Notes: generated by a model from the letters alone, not told the origin. A stretch of DNA of 63,800 nt, filler included, from Actinobacteria bacterium UBA7524 (GCA_002478275.1; 5 parts of 4 records of this genome joined end to end with filler, not necessarily neighbours in it); one strand, 5' to 3'; shown: positions 1 to 9,308, numbered from the whole stretch's first letter. Numbers and translations: made by a program.

Positions 1-22
1 ACCACTTGACGGGACGTGGCCC
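1..22. mobile_element. Probable IS256-family terminal inverted repeat at the contig start
   Basis: ACCACTTGACGGGACGTGGCCC is identical to the first 22 nt of the next contig (2609-2630), then the two diverge. It resembles actinobacterial IS256-type ends as I recall them. Confidence 0.6.
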
Positions 23-79
23 CGCAGCTCTTGAGTACCAACGAGTCCCAAGTAGTCCCAATAGTCACAAGCACTTTCA

Positions 80-105
80 GGATTCGAATTCCCTTGGGGG
101 CACCA
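80..105 (+). mobile_element. att-like copy of a tRNA 3' end (probably tRNA-Glu)
   Basis: GGATTCGAATTCCCTTGGGGGCACCA gives a T-loop, 3' acceptor strand and CCA. No D-arm or anticodon arm lies upstream. It matches the GCCCCC...GGGATTCGAATTCCCTTGGGGG type of tRNA-Glu. Confidence 0.7.
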
Positions 106-263
106 AGATTCTGCATGCAGCAGGCGTGAAATTCCCTGTGGCATGCATAGAATCGGGAACCAAATCCTGCCCTTCTGAGTCCTAGACAGAAGACAAAGCC
201 GCAGCTCAGAGGCCGTGTCAGTCTCATTGCGGCACCTAGAATCCGGAATCGATCATCGGGATC

Positions 264-287
264 GATTTGTCGCCCGATTTGTCGCCC
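264..287 (+). repeat. Tandem 12-bp repeat GATTTGTCGCCC x2 (integrase arm-type-like site)
   Basis: Copies at 264-275 and 276-287; the same sequence recurs at 2491-2508. Confidence 0.75.
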
Positions 288-350
288 AAACCGCATCAAG
301 CATGCCCAGGATGGCCGGCGGCAGCCTCAGGAACGCACGAATAGTGCCGT

Positions 351-398
351 TTGCCTCGCATGATTCCAAAGAGTATTGTGTTTCCTAGTTGGGAAACA
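351..398 (+). promoter_or_regulatory. Putative sigma70 promoter with inverted-repeat operator for the AbiE-like pair
   Basis: TTGCCT (351-356), 17-bp spacer, TATTGT (374-379). Inverted repeat TGTTTCC (379-385) / GGAAACA (392-398). Confidence 0.55.
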
Positions 399-415
399 GA
401 TATGTCGGAGGAAAC

Positions 416-1516
416 ATGGCTGCTGTCAGTAGGGATGATGAGTATCGGGGTCTGGAGCACGCGCTCCGGGAGATTTTCCCTGGTGCGACCGTCGAGGTGA
501 ACCCGAGCCGATCGCGAGGCCATGCACCGGCGGCTGAGGCTGACGTGCACCTCGCCCGCGGGCGCCTTCATCTCCGGGTCGTGTTGCAACACGCGGCCAG
601 CCGGGCTCAGCTGATCGATGCCGTCGAGCTGGCGCGCCTTGCCCCCGCGGACGAAGGATCCTCGATCGCGGTCATCGCTTCGGCGTACCTCAGCCCTGCC
701 AACCAGCAGTTGCTGCGCGATGCGAACGCCGCCTTCATCGACTACGCGGGCAACGCGTGGCTCGTGGCGCCGGGAATCCACATCGATCGGCGCGGCTTCG
801 CCAACCCCGGCAAGGAAGAGCGCGGTCAACGCGACCTGTTCTCCGACAAGGCGTCTCTCGTGCTTCGCACCCTCCTCGTTGCGCGCTCCCCGATGGGCGT
901 GCGTGAGATCGCGAGCACCGTCAGCTCGAAAGACGAGCGGATCCGGCTCACCCCAGGCTATGTGTCCAAGATGGTTGGGGAGCTCGAGAGGCGCGGCTAC
1001 GTGTCCAGGAGCGATGAGAAGATCATGCTTCGCCATGCCGACGAGCTGCTGCGCGACTGGACCTCGGCGTATCGAGGTCGCCGCCGGCCAATCCCGGCAG
1101 GCTACTTCGTCCTCGCGCCGAGCGCCGAAGACCTCCTTCCCCGCATCGCCGAGGCGTTCGACGCCAAGGGTGCCGACTACGTCCTCACGGGTCACGCCGG
1201 TGCGAGCCTCGTCGACCGCTACAGTGTGTTCGACGTCGCAGACGTCTACGTCAGGGAAGTCGACGACGTGGTGTCGGCGCTTGCTGACCTCGGCGCACGG
1301 CGAGTCGAGCGCGGCGGCAACGTCAACATATCGGTGCCCTACTATCGGGAGTCGGCGTTCTACGACCGGCAGATGTCGAAAGGCGGGATCAAAGTGGTCT
1401 CCGATCTCCAGCTCTATCTGGACCTCTACGACTATCCCGTCCGTGGCCGGGAGCAGGCCGAGCACCTCTACGAGCGACGCCTGCGCTCGCTCGTAGAGCG
1501 GGAGGATCGACCGTGA
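416..1516 (+). CDS. Type IV TA AbiEi-family antitoxin / transcriptional regulator
   Basis: GGAGG RBS before ATG 416. Central wHTH (GVREIAS...GYVSKMVGELERRGYV). C-terminal SDLQLYLDLYDYPVRGREQAEHL is typical of this family. Overlaps the downstream nucleotidyltransferase gene. Confidence 0.75.
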   Translation: MAAVSRDDEYRGLEHALREIFPGATVEVNPSRSRGHAPAAEADVHLARGRLHLRVVLQHAASRAQLIDAVELARLAPADEGSSIAVIASAYLSPANQQLLRDANAAFIDYAGNAWLVAPGIHIDRRGFANPGKEERGQRDLFSDKASLVLRTLLVARSPMGVREIASTVSSKDERIRLTPGYVSKMVGELERRGYVSRSDEKIMLRHADELLRDWTSAYRGRRRPIPAGYFVLAPSAEDLLPRIAEAFDAKGADYVLTGHAGASLVDRYSVFDVADVYVREVDDVVSALADLGARRVERGGNVNISVPYYRESAFYDRQMSKGGIKVVSDLQLYLDLYDYPVRGREQAEHLYERRLRSLVEREDRP

Positions 1517-2337
1517 ACCGGCTCGACCCGGTCCTTGCGCGCGGCCTCGCCGCCATCGAGCCCTACCTCGACGTGGTCGTCGTTGCCGGCGGATGGGTGC
1601 CGCACATCTACGAGCTGCTCTACGATGCCACCGCGGCCGGTCGATCGCCTCGAACCCGCGACATCGATCTCGCCGTGCCCCGTTCGGTGCCGGTCAGGAG
1701 CAGGAGCATCGATGACTTGCTCAGGAGTGCCGACTTCCGCTGTGAGTTCCACTCACTGGATTCGCCGCCGGTCACGAAGTACGTCGCGAGGCAGGGTGGT
1801 GACGACATAGAGATCGAGTTCATCACCGACGCGCCGGGCGGGTCCGAGGCCGCGATCATGGTGCAGCCGGATCTCTCGGCTCAGGAGCTGCACTACGTCG
1901 GGCTCCTGCTCGAGAGCCCGTGGCCCGTCGACCTCGCCAGCCTGACCGACGGAGAGGTCGACCTGACGATCCTCGTTCCGAAGCCCGGCGCCTTCGTCTT
2001 CCACAAGTCGCTGGTGTTCAAGAATCGCCGAGACCGGCTCAAAGGGGAGAAGGATCTCTACTATGTCTTCTTCGTTCTGGACGCATTTCCGGAGTGGCGA
2101 GAGGCGATCACCGCGGAACTCGAGCGCCTCGCCGCGCAGAAGCCGGCGTGGTTCAAGAAGAGCCTCAAGAACCTGAACGCGATCTTCGACGAGCCGGAGT
2201 CCAGTGGTTTCGATGCGCTTCTCAACCAGAAGCCGCCCACGGCCTTCCCCGGCCTGAGCGACGAGCAGTTCAGGCAGTATGCCTTCTCGGTGATGTCGGG
2301 ATTGATCGCGACGATGGAATCGGCGGTTGACGGCTAA
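1513..2337 (+). CDS. Nucleotidyltransferase-fold toxin (AbiEii/GSU2403-like)
   Basis: VAGGW...RTRDIDL polymerase-beta motif, HK...R...KGEKDLYY C-terminal motif, GTGA overlap with the antitoxin gene. Confidence 0.75.
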   Translation: MNRLDPVLARGLAAIEPYLDVVVVAGGWVPHIYELLYDATAAGRSPRTRDIDLAVPRSVPVRSRSIDDLLRSADFRCEFHSLDSPPVTKYVARQGGDDIEIEFITDAPGGSEAAIMVQPDLSAQELHYVGLLLESPWPVDLASLTDGEVDLTILVPKPGAFVFHKSLVFKNRRDRLKGEKDLYYVFFVLDAFPEWREAITAELERLAAQKPAWFKKSLKNLNAIFDEPESSGFDALLNQKPPTAFPGLSDEQFRQYAFSVMSGLIATMESAVDG

Positions 2338-2490
2338 CCCGACGGATTGGCGCTGCTCGAGGGCTCGCTACACCTCCGCGGTGCTCTCGGCGGTAAGCCA
2401 TCTCGGGCCCTACGCGGGTCCCGCAAATGAATCACGCTCGCGCTTCATGATGTCGTTAACGACTCATGAGGTCCTTCGCATGACGCCCCG

Positions 2491-2508
2491 GATTTGTCGC
2501 CCGATTTG
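2491..2508 (+). repeat. Second copy of the GATTTGTCGCCC tandem repeat, cut by the contig end
   Basis: GATTTGTCGCCCGATTTG is identical to 264-281. Confidence 0.75.
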
Positions 2509-2608
2509 NNNNNNNNNNNNNNNNNNNNNNNNNNNNNNNNNNNNNNNNNNNNTTAATTAATTAANNNNNNNNNNNNNNNNNNNNNNNNNNNNNNNNNNNN
2601 NNNNNNNN

Positions 2609-2630
2609 ACCACTTGACGGGACGTGGCCC
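2609..2630. mobile_element. Probable IS256-family terminal inverted repeat at the contig start
   Basis: Identical to 1-22. Confidence 0.6.
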
Positions 2631-2814
2631 GTGCTCTCCTCTTGGGTCAGGGCTTTTCCGGGGTGTCGGGTTCCGAGATTGTTGCTTGGGCCCCGATACC
2701 CATGCGGTCGACTGCTCAGTTCGCATCCTGTTGCGCAACAGTGAACGCTGCTTGGCAGACGAGGGGGCCAGACGCTAGTCTCATCTGCGCGGGGAACGCG
2801 ACAGGACAGGTGCC

Positions 2815-3252
2815 ATGTCATACGCAGAGCTCGGCAACAGCCCCCGCGCGTCGACCGAGGCAGTCGCGCGCTCCATGCGAGGCAATCGAAAGCGTGACAC
2901 GAAGCCTGAGCGGCAGTTGAGAGCGCACCTCCGTGCAGCCGGCATCAAAGGCTACAGGCTCAACTGGGCCAAGGCGACGGGTACCCCCGACATCGCCTTC
3001 CCAGGCAAGAAGGTGGCCGTGTTCGTCAACGGGTGCTACTGGCATCGCTGCCCTCAGTGCCAGCTACCCCTCCCAAGGTCGCACACCGAGTTCTGGAAGG
3101 CGAAGTTCGAGATCAATGTGCGCCGAGATGCAGCGGTGGTGGCTGCGCTTCAGGAGGAGGGCTGGACAGTCATCACGGCCTGGGAATGTGCGATTCGCAC
3201 TCGTGTGGACGAGGTAGTAGCCGAGATCAAGGGCGCGTTGTTGGCCAGATAG
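2815..3252 (+). CDS. vsr: Very short patch repair endonuclease
   Basis: RSMRGNRKRDTKPE, GTPDIAF, AVFVNGCYWH, FWKAKFEINVRRD, GWTVITAWEC. Confidence 0.92.
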   Translation: MSYAELGNSPRASTEAVARSMRGNRKRDTKPERQLRAHLRAAGIKGYRLNWAKATGTPDIAFPGKKVAVFVNGCYWHRCPQCQLPLPRSHTEFWKAKFEINVRRDAAVVAALQEEGWTVITAWECAIRTRVDEVVAEIKGALLAR

Positions 3253-3331
3253 AAGGCAGGATGTGGCCTCGGGACGCGTCAGAGCGGGGTGCTATCCTAG
3301 GCAATGTGCGCCATAACCCGGGGGGACACCA

Positions 3332-5458
3332 ATGCTGCTGCCGGACATCGACCTGCGAATGAGCTATGACTCGGGGGAGCTTGGTGTCGATGTCGTCCGC
3401 GATTTCTATGTGCCCGCGCTGTCAGTAGCCAAGTCGTATGACCGACTAGCGGGGTTCTTCTCATCCACCTCTCTCGCCGTCGCTGCACGTGGGATTGCGG
3501 GACTCCTGGCTAATGACGGGAAGATGCGCCTGGCCACCAGCCCAAGGCTGACGCCCGAGGATGTGCCCATCATCGAGTCGATTTGCCGAGGTGAAGAACC
3601 CGACGCACAGACTCTGACCGATCTGCTGCGACGCGGTCTACAGGAGGATCTAGGCGACGAGATTGCGAAGAACCATGTCCGGGCCTTGGGGTGGATGTTG
3701 TCGAACGACCGCCTTGAGGTGCGGATTGTGAAGCCTACTCCGAAGAGCGGGTTCGAGGGTCTCTTCCATATGAAGGTTGGTTTGATCTGGGACTCAGCCG
3801 GCCGTGCGGTCGCATTCGATGGTTCGCTCAACGAGTCGCTATCGGGCTGGTATCGAAATATCGAGCGGTTCTCCGTGTTCGCGAATTGGCGGGGCGAAGA
3901 GGCTCGCGTAGAAGACGTGCTCCGAACGTTCGTGCGCTACTGGGAGAGCCCTGGACCTTCGGCGCGGACATGGAGACTCCCGGATGCAGTGGCCGAGCAG
4001 CTCATTCAGCTGGCGCCCCGAGACGTGGACGAGCTCGATCTCGGCTACGCGGACCGAGGTGTCGCGGCGGTGCCTGGGTTCACTCCGCAAGAATCGCCCG
4101 CCCATTTCCCTGAGCTCCGATGGTACCAAGAGGAAGCCATCTCGGCCTGGGAAGAGAACGGCTGTCGCGGGATGCTTGAGATGGCCACCGGTACCGGGAA
4201 GACCCTGGCGGCCCTTACCGCCGCCAAGCGGTTAGCCGGTCGGAGCAAGAGACTACTCGTGGTGATTGCTGTCCCCCAGAACCATCTGGCCGAGCAGTGG
4301 ACTGACGACGTGTTGCCCATGTTCCCTGACAGCAGGATTGTTCAGGCGGGCAGCGACTTCTCCGGCTGGAAGAGCAGGCTACTCAGTGCGGTGGCCGCGC
4401 TTGCCGCAGGAGGGAGTGGAGATGTCGCCGTGTGCATTGCAGTCCACAAGACCGCCGGACTCGAGGGCTTCTCCGATGTGGTCAATCGTGCCGCTGCTGC
4501 CGGCTGTCAGACTCTGCTTATTGCGGACGAAGCGCACGATTTGGGCGCCGAGAGGATTGGCGCTGCTCTCCTCGACTGCTACCAGCACAGACTTGGTCTC
4601 AGCGCGACGCCGGAGAGGTTCTATGATTCGTCTGGCACCGCACGGCTCATGGACTACTTTGGCGGTGTCGTCTTCAAGTTCGGACTGCCGGAAGCGCTTG
4701 CCGAGGGCGTCCTGACTCCCTATGAGTACCACTGCACGTTCGTTCAGCTGAACGAGGATGAGCTCGCCGAGTATCGTGAGCTTACAAGCAGGGCCGCTCG
4801 AGCCGCCTTCGCGACGCGCCGCGATGGTGGTGCGGGAGCTAGCCAGGCTGAGGAGCGCTTCTTGCAGCAACGTGCCGCGGTTGTGAAGAAGGCTGCTAGT
4901 AAGATTGACGCATTCTACGCACTCTTGGAGCTCTTGGGAGAACGCCTCCAACACTGCATCGTCTACTGCCTTGACACTGATCAGATGTCGCTTGTGGATG
5001 AGGTCCTGGACGCGCGTCACATCGTCTACCGACACTTCACGGGAGACGAGAGCAAGCCGGACCGATCGAGGATCCTGGGCAGCTTCGAAAACGGCGACAC
5101 TAAGGTCCTCGTGGCCATGAAGTGCCTGGACCAGGGCGTTGACGTCCGAGAGGCTCGAACAGGCATCATCCTTGCCAGTTCCACAAACCCGCGCGAGTCC
5201 ATCCAGCGGCGTGGGAGACTGCTGCGGCTGCACAAGGACAAGGAACGTGCGCACATCTATGATCTCATTGTCTCCCCAGACCTCGAACGTATCGATGACC
5301 CAGTTCTGAGGCAGGTCGAACTGAGACTATTCCTCAAGGAGCTCCGGCGGCTTGAGGAGTTTGCTGCAAGCGCGATGAACGCCGCCGAGTGCTACGCACA
5401 GGTGGCTGACGAGCTAGCACGGCTGGAGACGCCAGGCGACGCAGTCCTATACGACTAG
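3332..5458 (+). CDS. PLD-nuclease + SF2 DEAH helicase (PbeA / dnd-associated restriction enzyme-like)
   Basis: N-terminal FYVPALS...YDRLAGFFSS; PLD motif HMK...D...GSLNES; Walker A MATGTGKT; DEAH; LGLSATP; QRRGRLLR. Confidence 0.85.
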   Translation: MLLPDIDLRMSYDSGELGVDVVRDFYVPALSVAKSYDRLAGFFSSTSLAVAARGIAGLLANDGKMRLATSPRLTPEDVPIIESICRGEEPDAQTLTDLLRRGLQEDLGDEIAKNHVRALGWMLSNDRLEVRIVKPTPKSGFEGLFHMKVGLIWDSAGRAVAFDGSLNESLSGWYRNIERFSVFANWRGEEARVEDVLRTFVRYWESPGPSARTWRLPDAVAEQLIQLAPRDVDELDLGYADRGVAAVPGFTPQESPAHFPELRWYQEEAISAWEENGCRGMLEMATGTGKTLAALTAAKRLAGRSKRLLVVIAVPQNHLAEQWTDDVLPMFPDSRIVQAGSDFSGWKSRLLSAVAALAAGGSGDVAVCIAVHKTAGLEGFSDVVNRAAAAGCQTLLIADEAHDLGAERIGAALLDCYQHRLGLSATPERFYDSSGTARLMDYFGGVVFKFGLPEALAEGVLTPYEYHCTFVQLNEDELAEYRELTSRAARAAFATRRDGGAGASQAEERFLQQRAAVVKKAASKIDAFYALLELLGERLQHCIVYCLDTDQMSLVDEVLDARHIVYRHFTGDESKPDRSRILGSFENGDTKVLVAMKCLDQGVDVREARTGIILASSTNPRESIQRRGRLLRLHKDKERAHIYDLIVSPDLERIDDPVLRQVELRLFLKELRRLEEFAASAMNAAECYAQVADELARLETPGDAVLYD

Positions 5459-5467
5459 GAGGCAGAA

Positions 5468-5650
5468 TTGTCGAACAAGATTGCCGACAAGCTTGATGCA
5501 GTGGTGGACAACGAGGCCGTCCGGGCCGCGCTGCAAGACATCTTCCTGTTTGAAGTCGATCAAGGGCAGGGCGGCATCCAGTACAAGAAGGAGTATCGCG
5601 CAGTCCTCGAGCGCAGTCGCAAACACGGCCAGGAAGCGGGCGAGGAGTAG
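5468..5650 (+). CDS. Small helical protein of CxC-ATPase modules (PbeB-like)
   Basis: 60 aa with AGGAGG RBS. Fills the helicase-ATPase gap, and its TAG abuts the ATPase ATG. Confidence 0.7.
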   Translation: MSNKIADKLDAVVDNEAVRAALQDIFLFEVDQGQGGIQYKKEYRAVLERSRKHGQEAGEE

Positions 5651-7663
5651 ATGCGCATCGTCAAGATTGAGGTGGAGAACTATCGACAGTACCGGGATCA
5701 AGTCTTCGACTTTGCGTCCGGACAGAACGTGTCCGTAATCGTAGGAAGAATCGGGAGCGGGAAGACAAACCTCCTGAACGCCCTCACCTGGTGTCTGTAT
5801 GGCAAGGAGCACTTTGCGGGCGGTGACATGGAGGTGCAGCAGCGAGGGCGGTCTCGCGCCGATGATGGCCCCCGAAACGGCCTGCCGCTCCTCAACGTCG
5901 GCCCTCTTGACAGGGACCTCAAGCCCGGACTGTACGAGACCAAAGTCGAAATCACGCTGGAGCTCGAGGCCGGCGCTCGTGCAATCGTGTCGAGACGCCA
6001 GAACTTCATCGTCAAGGACGACAATGATGTCACTCCCGATGGCGACTCACGATTGACCGTCATGTACAAACGCGACGGTGCAGGATACGACGATCTTGCA
6101 GAGCCACAACACTGGGTGAACAAGCATCTGCCCGAGCGAGTCCGGCCGTATTTCGTGCTAAACACCGAGCGTCTGCAGCAGTTCTTCCATCAGGGCGCCG
6201 AGGCCTCAAGGGTCAAGAACGCGATTCTCGAAATCGCGCAGATTGACGTGCTCGCCACGATGCGCGATCGATTGAACGCAGTCAGAAGTGACTACTACCA
6301 ATCCGCGGGAAGCGGAGGGGGCGACGAGCTCCTGGTGCGGCTTCAAGGGGATCGGGCGAGGCTTGAAGAACGAATCGCTGGCAAGAACGAGGACTTGAGG
6401 CGTCAAGCCGAAGCCTTGGAGCGCCACGAGCATGACATCGCCGAGATTCTCGACGAAATCGGCGACATGGAGGAAGCAGCTACCCTTGTCAGGGAACATG
6501 AGGACAAGGAGGACGAGCTCGAGAGGGTTGTGAAGGACCTCGAGGGAGCGGAGCTTGAGCTCCGAAAGCAGTCCGCTCTCGATGCGCCTGCGGTCCTTGG
6601 ATTGCCGATGCTTGAGCGATTCCTGCAATACGTGGACACGGCAATCGAGGCCGGTAGGTGGCCAGCGCCCGTGCATCCCGGCTACGTTCGCAAGCTCATT
6701 AGTGAGAGCCGCTGCATGTGCGGATGCGAGTTGGATGACGAGAGGCGCGCTCGTCTCGAGCAGATTGCCAGGGACGGCGAGCAATCACCGAACCGAGTAC
6801 TGATGGAGATGCAAAGACCCGCGGCGGTTCTGAAGTCGCGTGCGGAGAGCTACCGCCAGCGCATCGGCCCGACTCAATCACGCATGGCCGATCTCAACAC
6901 GCGCGGTACAAGGCTTCGGCAGCGGCTTGACGCGATTCAAAGCGATCTGGACCGCCTGGGCGTGAAGGACCGAGACTTCGACTTGAAGAAGGAACGATGG
7001 TCCATGGCGCACAAGGGGAAGGAAAGCGCCCTTACCGCCATCGCCTTGCTGGGCAAGGAAGTCGAAGGGCTGGAGACACAGCTCGCTGAGACCACGAAGA
7101 ACCTGAAGCTGCAGTTGGCGAAGGACGAGGGGAAGCGCGAACTCGCCCGCATGGTCGCATTCACCGAGGAGTGCATAACCGCAGTTGACCGGGCCTACAC
7201 GGAACTCATCACGGAGACGCGCGAGGAAGTCTCGTCCGCCCTAAACGACTCATTCCTCAAGATGATTGAGGAGACCAAGGGCCGTACATTCACCAGTGCC
7301 GCAATTGATGCCAACTACCGTGTATCCATCACTGCTGCCTCGCGTTTCGATGCGGCGGAGAATCTTGGGGGTGGCGAGGATGTGTGTCTTGCGCTCTCCT
7401 TCAGCCAAGCACTCGGCAGGGTATCCGGATTCGAGCTGCCGCTCATACTCGACAGCCCCTTCGTGAAACTGGACCCAGAGGCGATGTCAGTGGTGATGCG
7501 TACGATGCTCGACAATCTCTCGGGACGTCAGATGATCCTGCTCATGAAGACCCAGGAGTATAACTCCGGGGTCCAGGATGTGCTCAGAGACCACGGTGTC
7601 TCAGACGCGCTCAGACTGGAATTCGATGAGCAGACACAGTCGACATCTGTGATAGGAGCGTGA
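5651..7663 (+). CDS. SMC/Rad50-like ABC ATPase with CxC hook (DndD/PbeC-like)
   Basis: ENYRQY, Walker A GRIGSGKT, long coiled coil with central CMCG, signature LGGGE, Walker B LILDSPF. Confidence 0.85.
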   Translation: MRIVKIEVENYRQYRDQVFDFASGQNVSVIVGRIGSGKTNLLNALTWCLYGKEHFAGGDMEVQQRGRSRADDGPRNGLPLLNVGPLDRDLKPGLYETKVEITLELEAGARAIVSRRQNFIVKDDNDVTPDGDSRLTVMYKRDGAGYDDLAEPQHWVNKHLPERVRPYFVLNTERLQQFFHQGAEASRVKNAILEIAQIDVLATMRDRLNAVRSDYYQSAGSGGGDELLVRLQGDRARLEERIAGKNEDLRRQAEALERHEHDIAEILDEIGDMEEAATLVREHEDKEDELERVVKDLEGAELELRKQSALDAPAVLGLPMLERFLQYVDTAIEAGRWPAPVHPGYVRKLISESRCMCGCELDDERRARLEQIARDGEQSPNRVLMEMQRPAAVLKSRAESYRQRIGPTQSRMADLNTRGTRLRQRLDAIQSDLDRLGVKDRDFDLKKERWSMAHKGKESALTAIALLGKEVEGLETQLAETTKNLKLQLAKDEGKRELARMVAFTEECITAVDRAYTELITETREEVSSALNDSFLKMIEETKGRTFTSAAIDANYRVSITAASRFDAAENLGGGEDVCLALSFSQALGRVSGFELPLILDSPFVKLDPEAMSVVMRTMLDNLSGRQMILLMKTQEYNSGVQDVLRDHGVSDALRLEFDEQTQSTSVIGA

Positions 7664-7667
7664 GGAC

Positions 7668-8081
7668 GTGGAGGCGGTGCGCGAAACACTCAACGTCGAG
7701 AACGACCCCGACCGCAGACCAGAGTACGACCGTCTTCGCAATGCACTCGGCGGTGTGGAGACCAAGGTCTCGTTTCTCATCTCCATGATGTACGGCTTCC
7801 AGAACCGATCGCGTATGCCCTTGAAGAAGAAGATCAGCTACGTAAGGATTTCCTACCTCAACGAGGAGGATCGCTGCCTCGTCGCCGCGGTTGCCCTCGA
7901 GTCCGGGCTGACTGAGGACACGTTCTCATGGAACGAGGCGTTCGAAATTGCGGAGGAGTACGCGCGGGGCGGAATCGCGCTCCTGCGCAATCGCCTTGAA
8001 GATATCCACGAGTTTGAGAACTCCTTCCCGCTCGAGATTCTGGCGCAGTCGCCAGAATCCGTGGCGACGAACGAGGCGTAG
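7668..8081 (+). CDS. DndE-like / phosphorothioation-associated protein 4-like (PbeD-like)
   Basis: 137 aa directly after the ATPase, with the AEEYARGGI motif characteristic of the family. Confidence 0.7.
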   Translation: MEAVRETLNVENDPDRRPEYDRLRNALGGVETKVSFLISMMYGFQNRSRMPLKKKISYVRISYLNEEDRCLVAAVALESGLTEDTFSWNEAFEIAEEYARGGIALLRNRLEDIHEFENSFPLEILAQSPESVATNEA

Positions 8082-8084
8082 CAG

Positions 8085-9293
8085 ATGGCCCTCGTGCTGC
8101 TGGTACAACCGCCTTTCCCAACGGCGCGCAAGAGTCTGAACCACAAAGACTTCCTTCCCGTTGGGCTCCTCAAGCTTGCTGCCTGGCGGCGGGCGATGGG
8201 TGATGATGTTCAGCTGTCGTTGGGCTGCGTCAGGTGTAGTGGAACGCCTGATGAGATATACGTCACCTCCTTGTTCACCTACTGGTCACAAGTGGTTGCG
8301 GATACCGTGGCGGAGTGTCGATCGAAATACCCGGGAGCGCACATAACGGTCGGCGGGATTTACGCTTCGCTACAGCCCGAACACTGCGCTGCAAAGACAT
8401 GTTGCGATGAGGTCCATGTTGGCGTCCATGCTGAAGCCGACGGGTTCGCACCTGAGTACTCGCTGGTCGACACAGACTTCCAAATCGTACATGCATCCAG
8501 AGGTTGTGTTCGGCGATGCAGGTTCTGTGGCACCTACGAGATTGAACCAGACTACGTGCCCAAGAAGTCGATTGCCCACGAGGTGGTCAAGAACCATCTG
8601 GTCTTCTACGACAACAACTTGCTCGCAAACCCAAACATCGAGGATCTTCTGGGCGAGGTTGCGCAAATGCGAGTAGGCGGACGCGTGGTGACATGCGAAA
8701 GCCAGAGCGGGATTGATGGCAGACTGCTACTCGAGAAGCCAGCGTTGGCGTCCGTGCTTAAGCAGGCACGCTTCCGCAGCGTACGAATCGCGTGGGACGG
8801 GCCAGTCAGGCAGAGCGACAGCATCAACGAGCAGCTGCAGATTCTCGTCCACGCTGGCTTCCCGCGGAAGGAACTCCAGATCTTCATGCTGTACAACCAC
8901 GATATGAGTCCCGAGAGCATCTTCGAGAAAGTCGAGCAATGCTTCCAGTGGGGGGTCCAGGTATCCGACTGCCGCTACCGGCCGCTTGACCTCTTCCACG
9001 ACGGCTACTTGCCGCAAGCAGTGTCTCAGGACGACTCAGAATACTACCTCCATGAGGGTTGGACAGATGCTGATGTGCGGGGCGTCAGGAGGGCCGTCCG
9101 AGCGAACAACATCTGCGTCCGGTACGTGATACCGCGAGAGAGATACGCTCGAGAGCTCGAGGGGCTGAGCTTTCGGGATAAGCGGCGAATTGCCACCTCG
9201 CTTGGGATTCCGGGGTCGAGGTACTCGTCTCAGGAGCTTGATCGGATCAACGCTCACTGGCTTGAACGTCGCGCACCATCCAGTGGCTCCTAG
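8085..9293 (+). CDS. Cobalamin-binding-domain radical SAM protein
   Basis: N-terminal VLLVQPP...PVGLLKLAA...TSLFT...VGGIYAS B12-binding-like domain; SRGCVRRCRFC (CxxxCxxC); DNNLL. Confidence 0.85.
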   Translation: MALVLLVQPPFPTARKSLNHKDFLPVGLLKLAAWRRAMGDDVQLSLGCVRCSGTPDEIYVTSLFTYWSQVVADTVAECRSKYPGAHITVGGIYASLQPEHCAAKTCCDEVHVGVHAEADGFAPEYSLVDTDFQIVHASRGCVRRCRFCGTYEIEPDYVPKKSIAHEVVKNHLVFYDNNLLANPNIEDLLGEVAQMRVGGRVVTCESQSGIDGRLLLEKPALASVLKQARFRSVRIAWDGPVRQSDSINEQLQILVHAGFPRKELQIFMLYNHDMSPESIFEKVEQCFQWGVQVSDCRYRPLDLFHDGYLPQAVSQDDSEYYLHEGWTDADVRGVRRAVRANNICVRYVIPRERYARELEGLSFRDKRRIATSLGIPGSRYSSQELDRINAHWLERRAPSSGS

Positions 9294-9308
9294 GTTGAGT
9301 GCCTACTG

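Noticed and set aside
30..105. Complete tRNA gene
   Set aside because: Only the T-loop and 3' acceptor strand are present; no 5' half pairs with it.
2509..2608. TTAATTAATTAA inside N-runs (also 12591-12602, 15851-15862, 43000-43011)
   Set aside because: Artificial all-frame-stop contig linker, not a biological repeat. Genes on different contigs cannot be treated as neighbours.
3332..8081. Canonical dnd phosphorothioation cluster
   Set aside because: No DndA/IscS, DndB or DndC (PAPS-reductase-like) gene is on the contig; only the associated helicase/ATPase module is present.
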